Shown here one piece after another: positions 52,904-62,329 of a stretch of DNA of 64,000 nucleotides (positions are counted from its first letter, which is position 1; each line of letters starts with the position of its first letter). The notes beneath the pieces were generated by a model that saw only the letters and a list, made by a program, of their open reading frames with translations, ran no database searches and had not been told where the DNA came from. The DNA lies in NCBI GenBank assembly GCA_965649765.1, contig OZ287749.1, forward strand, positions 92,256,001 through 92,320,000, given 5' to 3'. This stretch comes from Bispira polyomma. Taxonomy: Eukaryota. The position numbers were made by a program, and so were the translations under genes.

Positions 52904-55900
52904 TGATAACACTTTTTAATTTAGTTTTTCAGACTTGGCGGGAATAATGTGACATTCAAAAAACAATGTTGTCAAGTTACATTTTAAAAGGTGGTACAAC
53001 TTTAAATAAAATTACTTCTAACAGATTTCAACAGAGTTTACAGACAATTTGAGTGTAACAGACTCCACAGAATAATATCTTCTTCTTTAAAACTTTTTCA
53101 CTTTGTTTTTTGAGCCATTATTTCAATATCGATCATTTTTCTAATGTTTGAACAAAAAACTTTAAAAATGATATTAACCTCGTTTCTTTTACAGGTATAT
53201 ATATACCATTTTCCATATAGTATTAAGAAATTGATAATGGTAAACACACTATTGTCGTAACATAGAATCCCAAGTAATATTTCTAGAATTGCAAGATCCA
53301 GCTTTATCTGGAAAGTCTTAAGAATTAACTACCTGATATTCTTCCACAATATCACAACAGATTTGCATTCATAAAAAAAATGTTCTATTGTGTCCATTTT
53401 ACTACATTTTTCACAATTTGGTGAAGTAGCCTTTTTCCAAAGAAACAAGTTGGAGTTACATGTGACAAATCTATTTAGGATAGTATACTGGAAACTTTGT
53501 AATCTAGAGTCCTGGCATATATTGTAAGGAAGTTTAAAAACTGGACTCCAATCTAAATTGTCCAAGAAATTATAGTATTCTGTCCATTTATTGACTGCAG
53601 TCGGATATTTATAAGTAAATGCTAAATATTCATAAATGTCTTTACTTTTTATCATTGAGATGTCTTTCCGTAAATGTGGAATATCGTAAGTTGTCATTTT
53701 CATTGGTTTGATGTTGGTTCGAACAAGATCTTTCCATTTTTTAGGAATACAAGATATAACTGAATTAAATACCATGATAGGAATACTGCATTTAAACTTG
53801 ATGTTTAGCTCCTCTCTAGTTAAAAATTTGTTACCATGTATTAAATCTCTCAGATATATTATCCCATTATCTTTCAAAAAGTCATATTTACGATTCAATG
53901 GTTTATTCTCAATCAGAATGAAACGATTGCTTTGTAATTTCTCTTGCATAACTTCGTTGTAATTCTTAGATGCCACTGAATAAAAGGAATACCAACAATG
54001 TAGTACTTGTTTATAGAATTCACTACCAATTGACCAAACATTTAAGTTGCTTGGATTAACTTTGGAAAATATGGTGGTTGAATCCAAGATTCTACATAAC
54101 GTCTTTGCTAAAAGTCTCCATTTATTTACAAAAGTATTATTACTGTTACAAAATAATCTTTTAACCCAGTATGCCTTAATTGCAATGATAGTTTTGCTAA
54201 AATCTGGCATCTTAAGACCCCCCTGCTCAATGCTATTAATAATTGCATCATTTTTAACTTTTGGCCTTTTATCTTTTCCCCAAAGGAAACTGAACAACAT
54301 GTCATTCACTTCATTTATAAAGTGGTCAGGTACATGAATCATACTACAAATATTAATGATAAGACTTAATATAAGACTTTTGATGACCACTATTTTACCT
54401 CTAAGGCTTATTGCTTGACTAGACCACAGGTTGATAATCCTTTGTATATCTCTTAGTTTGGGTTTTAGATTTAAGTTATATACTTCATTTTTGTTATGAG
54501 AAAACCAGACCCCTAGCGTTTTAAAAGGGCCTTGCTTTAATTTTTTTTGGATATGTTTGTCTTTCAAGGTTTTCTCGCTAAGGGGGATTAGTTCTGTTTT
54601 TGATTTATTAAGTCTTAGACCAGAACAAATACTAAACAATTCTAATTCATCAAAAGCATACCTCAATGAGTTTTGATCATGTAAAAAGAGAGTTGTATCA
54701 TCAGCAAGTTGACTAATCTTAAATTCAAAGTTATCAATTTTGATTCCTTTAATGTTTGTTTCAGACCTTATATCTTTTGCTAAGAATTCAACAACTATTA
54801 TAAATAAGAGTGCACTTAAACAACAACCTTGTCTTATTCCACGGTGAAGCTTGAAAAACAGAGAACCTTTGCCATTATTTATGACGCAACTTTCAATATC
54901 AGAATATAACATTTTGACACAGGCTATGAAATCCTCTCCAAAGTTAAGAGCTTTGAGGCATTTTATTAGGAAAGACCAGTTAACAGAATCAAAGGCCTTT
55001 TCAAAATCCACTAAAACAAATAAGCCAGGGATAGAATTTTGATTTGAATAATCAATTATGTCAAAAATGGTCCGAATATTTTCACCTATAAATCTTCCTT
55101 TAATATATCCCACTTGGTCAGGGTTAATGATTTTATCTAAGACTTTTTGTAAACGTGATGCATAAAGTTTTGTTAAGATTTTGTAATCAGTGTTTAAAAC
55201 ACTAATAGGTCGCCAGTTTTTCAGTTGACATAGATCTTTGTCCTTTTTTGGGACTAAAGTTATGACTCCTCTTTTCTGGTCAAGCAATAACTGGCTATGT
55301 TCAAGAGACCATTTGAAACTGTCACAGACAAAATATTTGACCTTGCACCAAAAGAATTTATAAAACTCTGTTGACAGCCCATCTGTCCCAGGTGATTTAT
55401 TGTTTGACAAATTTTGCAATGCTTTTGCACATTCGTCTATTGTGATAGGATTATCACACATAATTTTGTCCGCCTCATTAAGTGGCTTTATGTTGGGATT
55501 ATTCAGAAACTTATTTTCAATATTTTCTATTTCTTGTTTGTCAATCAGGGGGCTGTTACTGTTATACAAATTTTGAAAGAAACGTTGTTCTTCCATTAGT
55601 ATTTCGTTTTCATTAGTGATAGGCCCATTGGAAGTGTCTAAACGTTTTATACATTTTGTGTTGCAATTTTGTTTCTCCAGATTGAGAAAATACTTAGTAT
55701 TTTTCTCATTTTCCATTTTGTGTTTTGCTCTTGAGCGCACTATAGAAGCATTTGCTCTAGTGGTGTAAAATTCATTTAAATCTAATTTTGTTGTTTCATA
55801 TGATTCTAAAATTTCAGGGGTAGGATTTTCATTCAGTTTTATCTCTATAGTTCTGAATTTTTCAATCATGTCAGTTTCAAGTTTTCTTCGTTGTTTTGCT

Positions 55901-58900
55901 TTGAAAGAGGAGTAAGAAATTGTTTGTCCACAAATTTTGCATTTAATATAGTCCCACAACAATGACTTGTTCTCAAAAGTACCATATTCTGTATATGATT
56001 TTGTTAATAAAGAACAATTTTGTTGTATATATATATATGGATAATGGATAATAAAAGTACTACATATTAAGTCTTTGTGATACTTGTCTGTATGAGAGCA
56101 TACCTTTGACTCTATAAGAATTGCTAAAGTGTAATTAGCCAGAGTTTTATAGTTAGCTCAGAGTGGATGACAGAATGGAATTTACAGTTGTAGATAATAG
56201 TTTAAACTCCTAAGAAACACACTGTAAAATATTTTAACGACAAATGGGTGTGTCATCACTATTTAATAATTGTTACATGTGCATCAGTCACAGTAAAGTA
56301 ATACAAGTTATATGTCTGTCTATCTAGTGGTAGAAATGAGGGCTGTTGTTTTAAAATCATGCCCTGTTAACTCAAATTCCTGCTTTAGCAGAGGTATTTC
56401 CAATGAACCTTTATAAAAAAATGTGATTTAACAGGGTTTAAATATAATAAACCCTTTCGACCCCAAGAGAAAAGTATCGCTGGGAACTAATGACAATTTT
56501 TTGGTAATAGGTTACAGATGATTGGAGTCACTAAACAACACACTACTTCCGGCATTCAATAACAGCCTTGCGTATAATGTTTTAAATGAGGAAGTCTGCT
56601 GTACCAACAATTTCCTATTGTGGGTAACTGAAGGAAAATACAAAAATGTTTTTAAGGTGTCGCCGGCTTGCCGATAGACATGGGTTTGGGAAGTAACAAA
56701 TTCCGTCGACTGCTAGCCAACAACATAGGGGTCCAAAGGGTTAAACTTAATTCTATCATAAAATAATATTAATGCAATAGAACTGATATTTTACGTACCT
56801 AGTTGGGAGAACAAGATTTTGTTCAGATGATAGATGGCCGATAAAACAAGCAGAAGTAATTTGGCACAGAAACTTGTATATTAGGGAAAATGAAAAAAAA
56901 TGCAACGAAAATGCATAAAATTGAATTACAAAGGTGGTACGTTAGAGGTTCTTTCGCAATGTCTTCTCTGAGAAACCAGAAATAGTTTTCTTGTAAATGT
57001 GGACCAAGATGTTAAAAAGACAATATAACTTCTATCATCTGAACATGCTAGGAGAGCAAGGTTTTGTTCAGATAATGGAAGGGTAATGAAATATAGAAAA
57101 GGTATTTTAGTATAGGATAGGAAAATGTACATTTGGGAGAGTGAAAGTCTGTTTATATATATTTCAACATGACAACCTTGTGTCACCGATTCCGATTGGC
57201 TCTAAAGTATGGTCAAATCTACGACAACTAATCAGAACACACGAGACCACTTTTCTCCATTATGGCTCTTACATCTAGTGAAGTAGATCCACAGTAAAGC
57301 GAAATCATTTAGGCAATTATTTTAATTGTTTATGTTAGAATCGGAATAATAGATCCCAAACCTGAAAGATTTGGATAACAAAAGTTTGGATAATAGAGGG
57401 TTTTTTACTATATATATATAGCATGTAAACTGATAAGAAGAGCCCAGGGTCTTAACTAAGTATCACAGCTTCTACATCCAGTCAAGTGCCTCCACTTGTG
57501 AATAATACACAAATTAATCTGGCTGCTTCACTGATCAAACAGGACTTTCCTTTTAAACAGGGAGAGAACTTGTTCAATAATGCAGGTATCTAGTTGTAAC
57601 CACTCAATCCATATAGTGCCTGGATGTCTGGATGTGAGAGCTGGTGGGGCCAATTTGCTGCTAACTAACGATTTGTTCACATGCAAGGCTTTCTCCAGTG
57701 TGATACGTTAGGTCTTACTTGCGATTGGATTTATTCGGTTTTATTTATTTTTCATTTACTTTGTCTGCAATGATAATCAAAAAGATTGCTACATCTATAC
57801 ATCTATTTTTTTTAATAATTTTTGTATCTAATTATTTTTGTTATTATTATTTTTTTTTTTTTTTTTTTTTGGGGGGGGGGGAGGGGGGGGAGTGTGAAGA
57901 TTCAAATATCTCATTATATTATATTAGGGCACGAAATGATAGGAACAGAAAAACTTTACATATAGATTCGAAGAATTGGTTTGAACATTGTCCAAGATCT
58001 TTACCTTGCTATTACACGGGTTATAAATCTCCATGGCTAGCCTCCTTGTCCATTTTCCCACGAGCATTACCAGTACTTTTATGAGCTTATATATCTAATC
58101 ACTACCTCTGGTACATTTAATCTGTGAACTGAATTGTTCTATTATATTACCATAGATCTATCATTTGTTTTCAAGCTGTAGTTACTCTACTGAATAATGT
58201 TCTAAGATGTCCACTCTTACCTTACATGCCTTAAATCTAAACACCAAGGTTTTTATTACTTTGGTTTTTTTGAGAAACAAGGAAACATATTTTAAATAAA
58301 AAATTTGTATCGTTTAAAAATAGACCTAAAAGTTACCAGGACAAATATCATTATGCTAGGGTGGTTTTATAAATTTATTTGTCACATCAAGGTGTGCAAG
58401 CAAAATTTAAATAAAAGCAATGTTCCTAAATCTGGGTGAAAATATTTTATGGTTTGTTCCTAACTTTGGTTGAAAAAAAATTTATTTTGTCCAAGCAAAT
58501 TATATTTTGCCCAGCCAAAATAAAGTTTGTTTACAACCCCAAAAAAATTAAATCATTTTGCCTGAGCAAACTTATTATAATTTTTACATTTTACTAAAAA
58601 TTTGAGTTTTCAAATATTACATTTTACTAAAAATTCGAGTTTTCAAATATTTGTTGTACCACGTCCTAAATATGTTTCCGTATGATACAGATAAATGTAG
58701 TTCATTTTAATACATATCATATAAGTACAGTTGAACCTCTTTAAGTCGAACCTCATGGGACCAGTAAAAATGTTTCTAGTTAAGCAGGATTTCCACCTAA
58801 CAGGGTAGATATTAATAGAAAAGGCCTTTGTGGGACTATAAATTTTGTTCTACTTAAAATGCAAATTGAGTTAACAGAGTTCTACTTCAAGGGGTTTGAC

Positions 58901-61900
58901 TGTATGTCTCTGGGCCCGTATTCACTAACAGAATTAGCCAAGCCTTAGGCTTAAATCTAGCACAAAAGAATACTAGATTTAAGCCTAAGACTGGGCTAAG
59001 TCTGTTAGTGACTACGTACAGACCCTGATGTATGGACTTTACAAACTTTATTAAAATTATTGATCAAACTTCAATTTAGTACTCACGGATCTCCTTTAAC
59101 CAGTTCTGGAGACATGTAGAGTAGGGTCCCCACATACTGAAATACACAACAAGAGAGGTCAGAGCTAAAACACCAGGGTAGTATTCACAGAAGGTCTTAG
59201 TCTTAACTTAGTTTTAAGCTTAAAATTATGGTCTTTGATTTTGGCCGCAAATGTTTAACTTGATCATAGTCCAAGTGACAGTAAGAAAAGATCATTGGAT
59301 AGTGTTAACTTTGCACTTTACACTTAGACTAACAGTAGACAGTCTTACACATTGTAGACATTAATGTTAAGCTTAAGACGAAGACCTTTTGTGAATACGG
59401 CCCCAGGCTTTTACCAACAAAGGGATAAAATCCAAATTATTGTATACAGCAAGGAAACTCCCTGAGTATAACCCATATTTTCATATAACAGCCCATCCCA
59501 ATTTTTTTTTTGGTGTGAACTATACAAATAAATATTCATCAGCTTAAGCACGCTTCAGATCTCTTCCTCTGCTTGTTTATCTAGCCTTTAAGATATCTTA
59601 CCGTCTGAGCCATGTGGGACTTGCTGTTCATGATCCGTGAAATGCCAAAGTCTCCCAGTTTGATCAGCCCTGTCTTGGTGAGAAAGATGTTCATAGTCTT
59701 GATGTCTCTGGAAACACACACACACAATCCAACAAGTTAGTCAAAGAGTATCTCACCATTACATGTGAATCAGTTGGGTCATAATACACGTTAAATACAA
59801 AAAAGTCTGAATACAAAAGTGGTAAAACATGAATATTTTAACATCTTCACCACTAAATTATCTATTCCAAATAACTTGTCACTAGAACACACAACACAGA
59901 TGACTTCCAGCATTTCATAACAGCCTCATGTATACTTTTAATGTATATTTACCATCAATTACCTGTTTATTATACCTCGGCAAAGAATCAAAAGATTCTA
60001 ATGGTTAAAATGCGAATTAAACGCTTCTGGGATCTCAAGAAGCTTATATTCTGTAATTTTTATATTATATTTATGCACCAGTAACATTTCTATTATACCA
60101 CTTACCTGTGTATTATACTGTATTTATGCACTCCTCACCTGTGTATTATACCATACTCATGTATATGAGCCACTGCAGACACCAGCTGATACAGATACCA
60201 TAGAATCTCATTCTCTGTCATTAAGTCTTTGATCACAGCCAGCTTTTCACATAAACTGCCATCTGTGTAACAGAAACAAATAGGGCTAAATTCTATATAT
60301 TTAAAGTAGTGTACTTCCTATTCATATTCAGTTTTATACATATATATCTATCTTCATCTGGTATTCACAGCACTGAGTAACCATTTCCTGACTGTAACAG
60401 TCAACTGCATCAGTTACTCTTAACTACTACTACTAGAAGTCTAGAAGTTACTGTAGCTGGCCGAACGCCAACCTTGGCAGTTTCAAAATGGCCCATGGCG
60501 GTTTCGAAATGGCCACCTATTTTTATTTTCCATTTTGGGACCAAGATATGTCTGGATTATAATACAACTTAAATATTAAATAATCTGTGCAGCTGTATTG
60601 ATCATAAGATTCTAAAATTGTTATGAATAACAAAAAATATGGAATTGAAATAAACTTATTATTATCATACTATTATTATTATATACCCTGTAAAATGTCC
60701 TAAAATGGCAATGGCCGTTTCGAAACTGCCAAGCCATTTCACAACTTAGCAAAGGTCCCCAAATGGCCATGGCCGTTTCGAAATGACCAACGGTCGCAAA
60801 ACGGCAAGTAACAGTTACTACTATCACAGCCTTAGGGTTTAATGTTATCATCAAGGTTTAGGGTTAGGTATTCCAATACCAAATCCAACATGACTGCACC
60901 CTGTCCAGCGAATTCTAGATTTGTTCTGAACAAAGTCCCATTACTGCACCATAACTACACTAACCATTAATTTGGAGGTGTTTTTACTAACTTGTGTACA
61001 GCCTTTTACTACAGTGATTTTCATAGAATTTTATCTTAGATTTTATATATCTGGGTGCTTCCAGAGGTAAACTTTTAGGAGATACCTGTCCACTTTATAT
61101 GGACCTCAGCTAACATCAGTTAATGAGCATAAGTTAACGCAAAAACCCTTCTAATTGTAAAACAAGGGGTTAATATGAAAAGAACCGAGAAACCACAGAG
61201 GGTCCCACATCCCTACTTTGGTGTAGTCGCCAAATTTATTTAGAGGGAAGATAAAACATGACGAACAAAATAGAAGAGGCACTGACTATAAGACGACAAG
61301 AAAATTGAAAACTGGAAGAGTTAAAATGTTTGCATGAAGTTCAGATAACAGAAATTTGGATAATGAAGGTCCCTACTGCACATTTGGTCAAAAGGTAACT
61401 AGTATACATCTGCATACTTACCATACAATTCTTAGTACAGTAAAAAGTTGGTAACACAACAGGAAAACATACCTTTGAAGAGTAAAAATAAGATCAAATA
61501 TTTAAAAAATAGAGGTTTTACTGAATTTTACTAAGCAAACAAGTCTAAGCACATGTACCAGTAAAATCACAGGGCCCGTATTCACGAAGGGACTTAGCCA
61601 AGTCTTAGGCTTAAATCTAGCACAAAGTTATACTGATTTAAGCCTAAAAATTGGCTAAGTCCCTTTGTAAATACGGGCCCTGGTCATTCAAATGATAAAA
61701 TCCATGGGCAAGCTGGGAACATGCAATTGGCTACTGATGACAACCAATACTAGGGGCCTTGGTGTTGTGGTAACACTCTTACCCCAACCTCTGCCATCAT
61801 GGGTTTTGAACCTCAGCCCTGGTGTGTATGTGAGCAAGTAGATTTGCTGTAGGTTGGAAGTTTGCAGATCAGATAACCTTGACCAAACTACCCTATTCTG

Positions 61901-62329
61901 ATTTCCTCCACCAGTGAACTGCCAGCTGTGATAAAACTAGACTTGAGACAACCAATGCTATGTTGGGCGACTGTACATTTTCAGGGTACATGGTTAGTAA
62001 ATGGAATGTAATCTTCAAAGAAATCCCCTCTTACCATTACAAACTCCATCTCAATAATTACAGTGTGTTCCCATCCAGGAAGTGGTTGTATATGTACAAC
62101 ACATCTGTGTATTATACTGTATTTAAGCACATTCAGTATATCCCCTCTTACCATTACAGAACTCCATCTCAATCAGCAGTGTGTCTCCATCCAGAAAGTG
62201 GTTGTAATATGACACGATGTTTGCGTGATTCAGCATAGACAGGATGTCAATCTCATTTTGAGCGTCCTTCCTCTCCTTCTCACTCAGTTTACCCAGCATC
62301 ACTTCCTTCCACACAACCAGGGAGTTGTC
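25530..62329 (-). CDS. NEK9: NIMA-related kinase 9 (kinase + RCC1 repeats + coiled coil), multi-exon, 5'-partial in window
   Basis: Spliced exons give [10 protein letters not shown]...[23 protein letters not shown]...GTLLYMSPE...[11 protein letters not shown]...EVYFWGGGK...GQLGHGD...[12 protein letters not shown]...[10 protein letters not shown]...[11 protein letters not shown]...[11 protein letters not shown]...[13 protein letters not shown]. All are colinear with vertebrate NEK9 as I recall it. All introns are GT-AG and the phases chain without a break to TAA at 25530. Confidence 0.95.
27400..27973 (-). mobile_element. interspersed element with about 135-bp internal tandem repeat (HINE-like)
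   Basis: Three to four copies of CAAACTTAAAAGTGCCTA...TTATTGGTC.TAGAGGTTTG...GAAACCAA...AGGAAATCA; terminal CATCGGAGAACC.ATG hairpin. Confidence 0.55.
30033..30257. mobile_element. MITE with about 45-bp imperfect TIRs
   Basis: TAGAGT...CACTGTATCTGAAATTAGCCACC versus GGTGGCGAGTTTCAGATACAGTG...ACTCTA; no clear TSD. Confidence 0.6.
31644..31718 (-). CDS. NEK9: NEK9 exon E23 (coiled coil)
   Basis: tttcag|TTA CAA...GGC AAG|gtcagt; [25 protein letters not shown]; phase 0-0. Confidence 0.8.
32213..32975 (-). repeat. 59-bp tandem array (13 copies) of E22 3' end plus donor
   Basis: Unit on minus strand TATGTCCTTAGTAACAGTAAGAGTGTGATGAAACTAGAGAAAACCAACAGTAAG|GTGAG. Confidence 0.95.
32976..33164 (-). 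CDS. NEK9: NEK9 exon E22 (coiled coil)
   Basis: cacag|GAC ACA TTC...GCT AAG|gtgtgt; ...[46 protein letters not shown] with heptad pattern. Confidence 0.85.
33843..33877 (-). CDS. NEK9: possible 35-nt NEK9 exon E21b
   Basis: tttgtag|TC GCC AGT GCC ATG TCC ATC TGC CAG CAG TCA ACG|gtataa; phase 1-0 fits the 34585 donor and E22; weak donor, no homology support. Confidence 0.4.
34585..34669 (-). CDS. NEK9: NEK9 exon E21 (donor at 34589 or 34585)
   Basis: tgcag|GAA CTT GAG GAA GCT GAG ATC ATT CCC; [27 protein letters not shown]; two adjacent GT donors. Confidence 0.82.
35265..35351 (-). CDS. NEK9: NEK9 exon E20
   Basis: tgtag|GAA CTA...AAA AAG|gtgcgt; [29 protein letters not shown]; 87 nt, phase 0-0. 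Confidence 0.82.
35636..35787 (-). CDS. NEK9: NEK9 exon E19
   Basis: ttcag|TG TAC AAT...CAG GCA|gttagt; [10 protein letters not shown]...[11 protein letters not shown]; phase 1-0. Confidence 0.8.
36826..36876 (-). CDS. NEK9: NEK9 exon E18
   Basis: tacag|AG AAA GTC...AGA G|gtaagc; [17 protein letters not shown], matching vertebrate EKVLNSKTIRSNSSG. Confidence 0.88.
37040..37213 (-). CDS. NEK9: NEK9 exon E17 (RCC1)
   Basis: tacag|AT AAC TTG...GCA G|gtcagg; [16 protein letters not shown]...[26 protein letters not shown]. Confidence 0.92.
38058..38219 (-). CDS. NEK9: NEK9 exon E16 (RCC1)
   Basis: cgcag|CT GGA GGT...GCA G|gtaaaa; [25 protein letters not shown]...[13 protein letters not shown]. 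Confidence 0.93.
38387..38541 (-). repeat. 79-bp tandem duplication of E15 3' end plus donor
   Basis: 38387-38462 versus 38466-38541, near-identical. Confidence 0.93.
38486..38594 (-). CDS. NEK9: NEK9 exon E15 (RCC1)
   Basis: ttcag|ATT TCC...GAC T|gtaagt; [36 protein letters not shown]. Confidence 0.91.
38698..39170 (-). repeat. 69-bp x5 plus 40-bp x3 array of E14 donor
   Basis: Donor-containing ACCTG core recurs at about 38701, 38767, 38836, 38905, 38974, 39042, 39082, 39122. Confidence 0.9.
39171..39332 (-). CDS. NEK9: NEK9 exon E14 (RCC1)
   Basis: ttcag|GTT CAG...GAA CAG|gtgggt; [42 protein letters not shown]...KRKEQ. Confidence 0.92.
39338..39530. repeat. about 33-bp tandem array abutting E14 acceptor
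   Basis: Unit GTTCAAGGTCACTTA.TCAATATAGACAGAATTT, about 6 copies. Confidence 0.8.
39789..39911 (-). CDS. NEK9: NEK9 exon E13 (RCC1)
   Basis: tctag|GTT TCC...CAA AAG|gtaaat; [41 protein letters not shown]. Confidence 0.93.
39912..40195 (-). repeat. about 92-bp tandem copies of E13 acceptor plus exon start
   Basis: Copies at about 39958-40040 and 40048-40130, partial at 40168-40190. Confidence 0.92.
40415..40539 (-). CDS. NEK9: NEK9 exon E12 (RCC1)
   Basis: ttcag|AC TCT GGG...GAT CAG|gtaaat; [42 protein letters not shown]. Confidence 0.93.
41346..41493 (-). CDS. NEK9: NEK9 exon E11 (RCC1)
   Basis: tccag|GGT CCT...ACA G|gtgagt; [39 protein letters not shown]. Confidence 0.93.
41876..42013 (-). 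CDS. NEK9: NEK9 exon E10 (RCC1)
   Basis: tacag|GTC TAC TTC TGG...TGG GCG|gtgagt; [13 protein letters not shown]...[15 protein letters not shown]. Confidence 0.93.
42438..43025 (-). repeat. array of E9 donor copies (about 17 units of 24-35 bp, two of them long)
   Basis: Core AA(C/T)CACT(G/C)ACCTCACTTG; long copies at 42678-42736 and 42898-42958. Confidence 0.92.
43026..43146 (-). CDS. NEK9: NEK9 exon E9 (linker)
   Basis: cccag|T GAG TTT...AGT GAG|gtgagt; [40 protein letters not shown]. Confidence 0.88.
43940..44440 (-). mobile_element. degraded 3' end of L2/CR1-group LINE
   Basis: Minus strand reads [38 protein letters not shown] (with a frameshift), the typical L2-group ORF2 end; (TTAGA)n tail at 43940-43959. 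Confidence 0.7.
46078..46340 (+). mobile_element. tRNA-derived SINE (relative at 26595-26780)
   Basis: A box TGGCCTAGTGG and B box GGTTTGATCCC; shared body CTATCTCCA.TG.CAG..TAAAG..CCTTG...CATCCTCAAG. Confidence 0.6.
49114..49361. mobile_element. MITE family copy (others 45002-45232, 45251-45430, 47612-47851, partial 40825-41000)
   Basis: GGGCTGGTATTCTC...GAGAATACCGACCC ends; shared core CTCTATTAAAATGAATGGTCACAAGTATAGGTTATTTC. Confidence 0.75.
50410..50474 (-). CDS. NEK9: NEK9 exon E8 (kinase end)
   Basis: tacag|GAT CCC...GCC AA|gtgagt; [21 protein letters not shown]. Confidence 0.9.
50928..51032 (-). CDS. NEK9: NEK9 exon E7
   Basis: ttcag|AAT GCC...AAC AAG|gtgggt; [35 protein letters not shown]. 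Confidence 0.9.
51123..51257. mobile_element. MITE family copy (others 25250-25400, 52004-52143, partial 49400-49500)
   Basis: GGGCCATATTTACAAAC...TTTGTGAATACCAGCCC ends with repeated CAGCCAATCA core. Confidence 0.7.
52170..52251 (-). CDS. NEK9: NEK9 exon E6
   Basis: tccag|G TAT AAC...GCT ACG|gtcagt; [27 protein letters not shown]. Confidence 0.93.
52380..52555. repeat. about 30-bp tandem repeat
   Basis: AAGGT(C/T)AAGGTCAAA.TTGGG.C units, about 6 copies, directly beside the LINE 3' end. Confidence 0.75.
52587..56009 (-). mobile_element. 5'-truncated Tx1/L1-clade LINE retrotransposon
   Basis: 877-aa RT ORF; 3' AATAAA plus poly(A) (T-run 52583-52598); target-site duplication AAGAACAATTTT at 52575-52586 and 56010-56021. 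Confidence 0.93.
53329..55962 (-). pseudogene. LINE ORF2 reverse transcriptase (endonuclease missing, premature stop)
   Basis: Motifs [46 protein letters not shown]...[10 protein letters not shown]. The frame continues past TAG 53329 into [16 protein letters not shown], so this stop is a lesion. Confidence 0.88.
56451..56742. mobile_element. piggyBac-like MITE (relative at 41007-41297)
   Basis: ACCCTTTCGACCCC ... GGGGTCCAAAGGG|TTAA ends; about 150 bp of internal sequence shared with 41150-41295. Confidence 0.55.
58728..58902. mobile_element. pogo-type MITE (relative at 5584-5753)
   Basis: TA|CAGTTGAACCTCTTTAAGTCGAA...CTTCAAGGGGTTTGACTG|TA. Confidence 0.7.
59087..59136 (-). CDS. NEK9: NEK9 exon E5 (activation segment end)
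   Basis: ttcag|TAT GTG GGG ACC...GAT CC|gtgagt; [17 protein letters not shown]. Confidence 0.92.
59602..59707 (-). CDS. NEK9: NEK9 exon E4 (catalytic loop, DFG)
   Basis: tccag|A GAC ATC AAG...CAG ACG|gtaaga; [35 protein letters not shown]. Confidence 0.94.
60139..60262 (-). CDS. NEK9: NEK9 exon E3
   Basis: cacag|AT GGC...CAC AG|gtgagg; [42 protein letters not shown]; phase 1-2. Confidence 0.92.
61570..61682. mobile_element. short palindromic MITE, probably PIF/Harbinger type (relative at 58910-59027)
   Basis: CAGGGCCCGTATT...AATACGGGCCCTG, whole element folds back; CWG flanks. Confidence 0.75.
62152..62329 (-). CDS. NEK9: NEK9 exon E2 (kinase subdomains II-V)
   Basis: tatag|GAC AAC TCC CTG...TTC TGT AAT G|gtaaga; [59 protein letters not shown]; 178 nt, phase 0-1. 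Confidence 0.93.

Noticed and set aside
53708-55599. Plus-strand ORFs
   Set aside because: Antisense shadows of the LINE RT frame.
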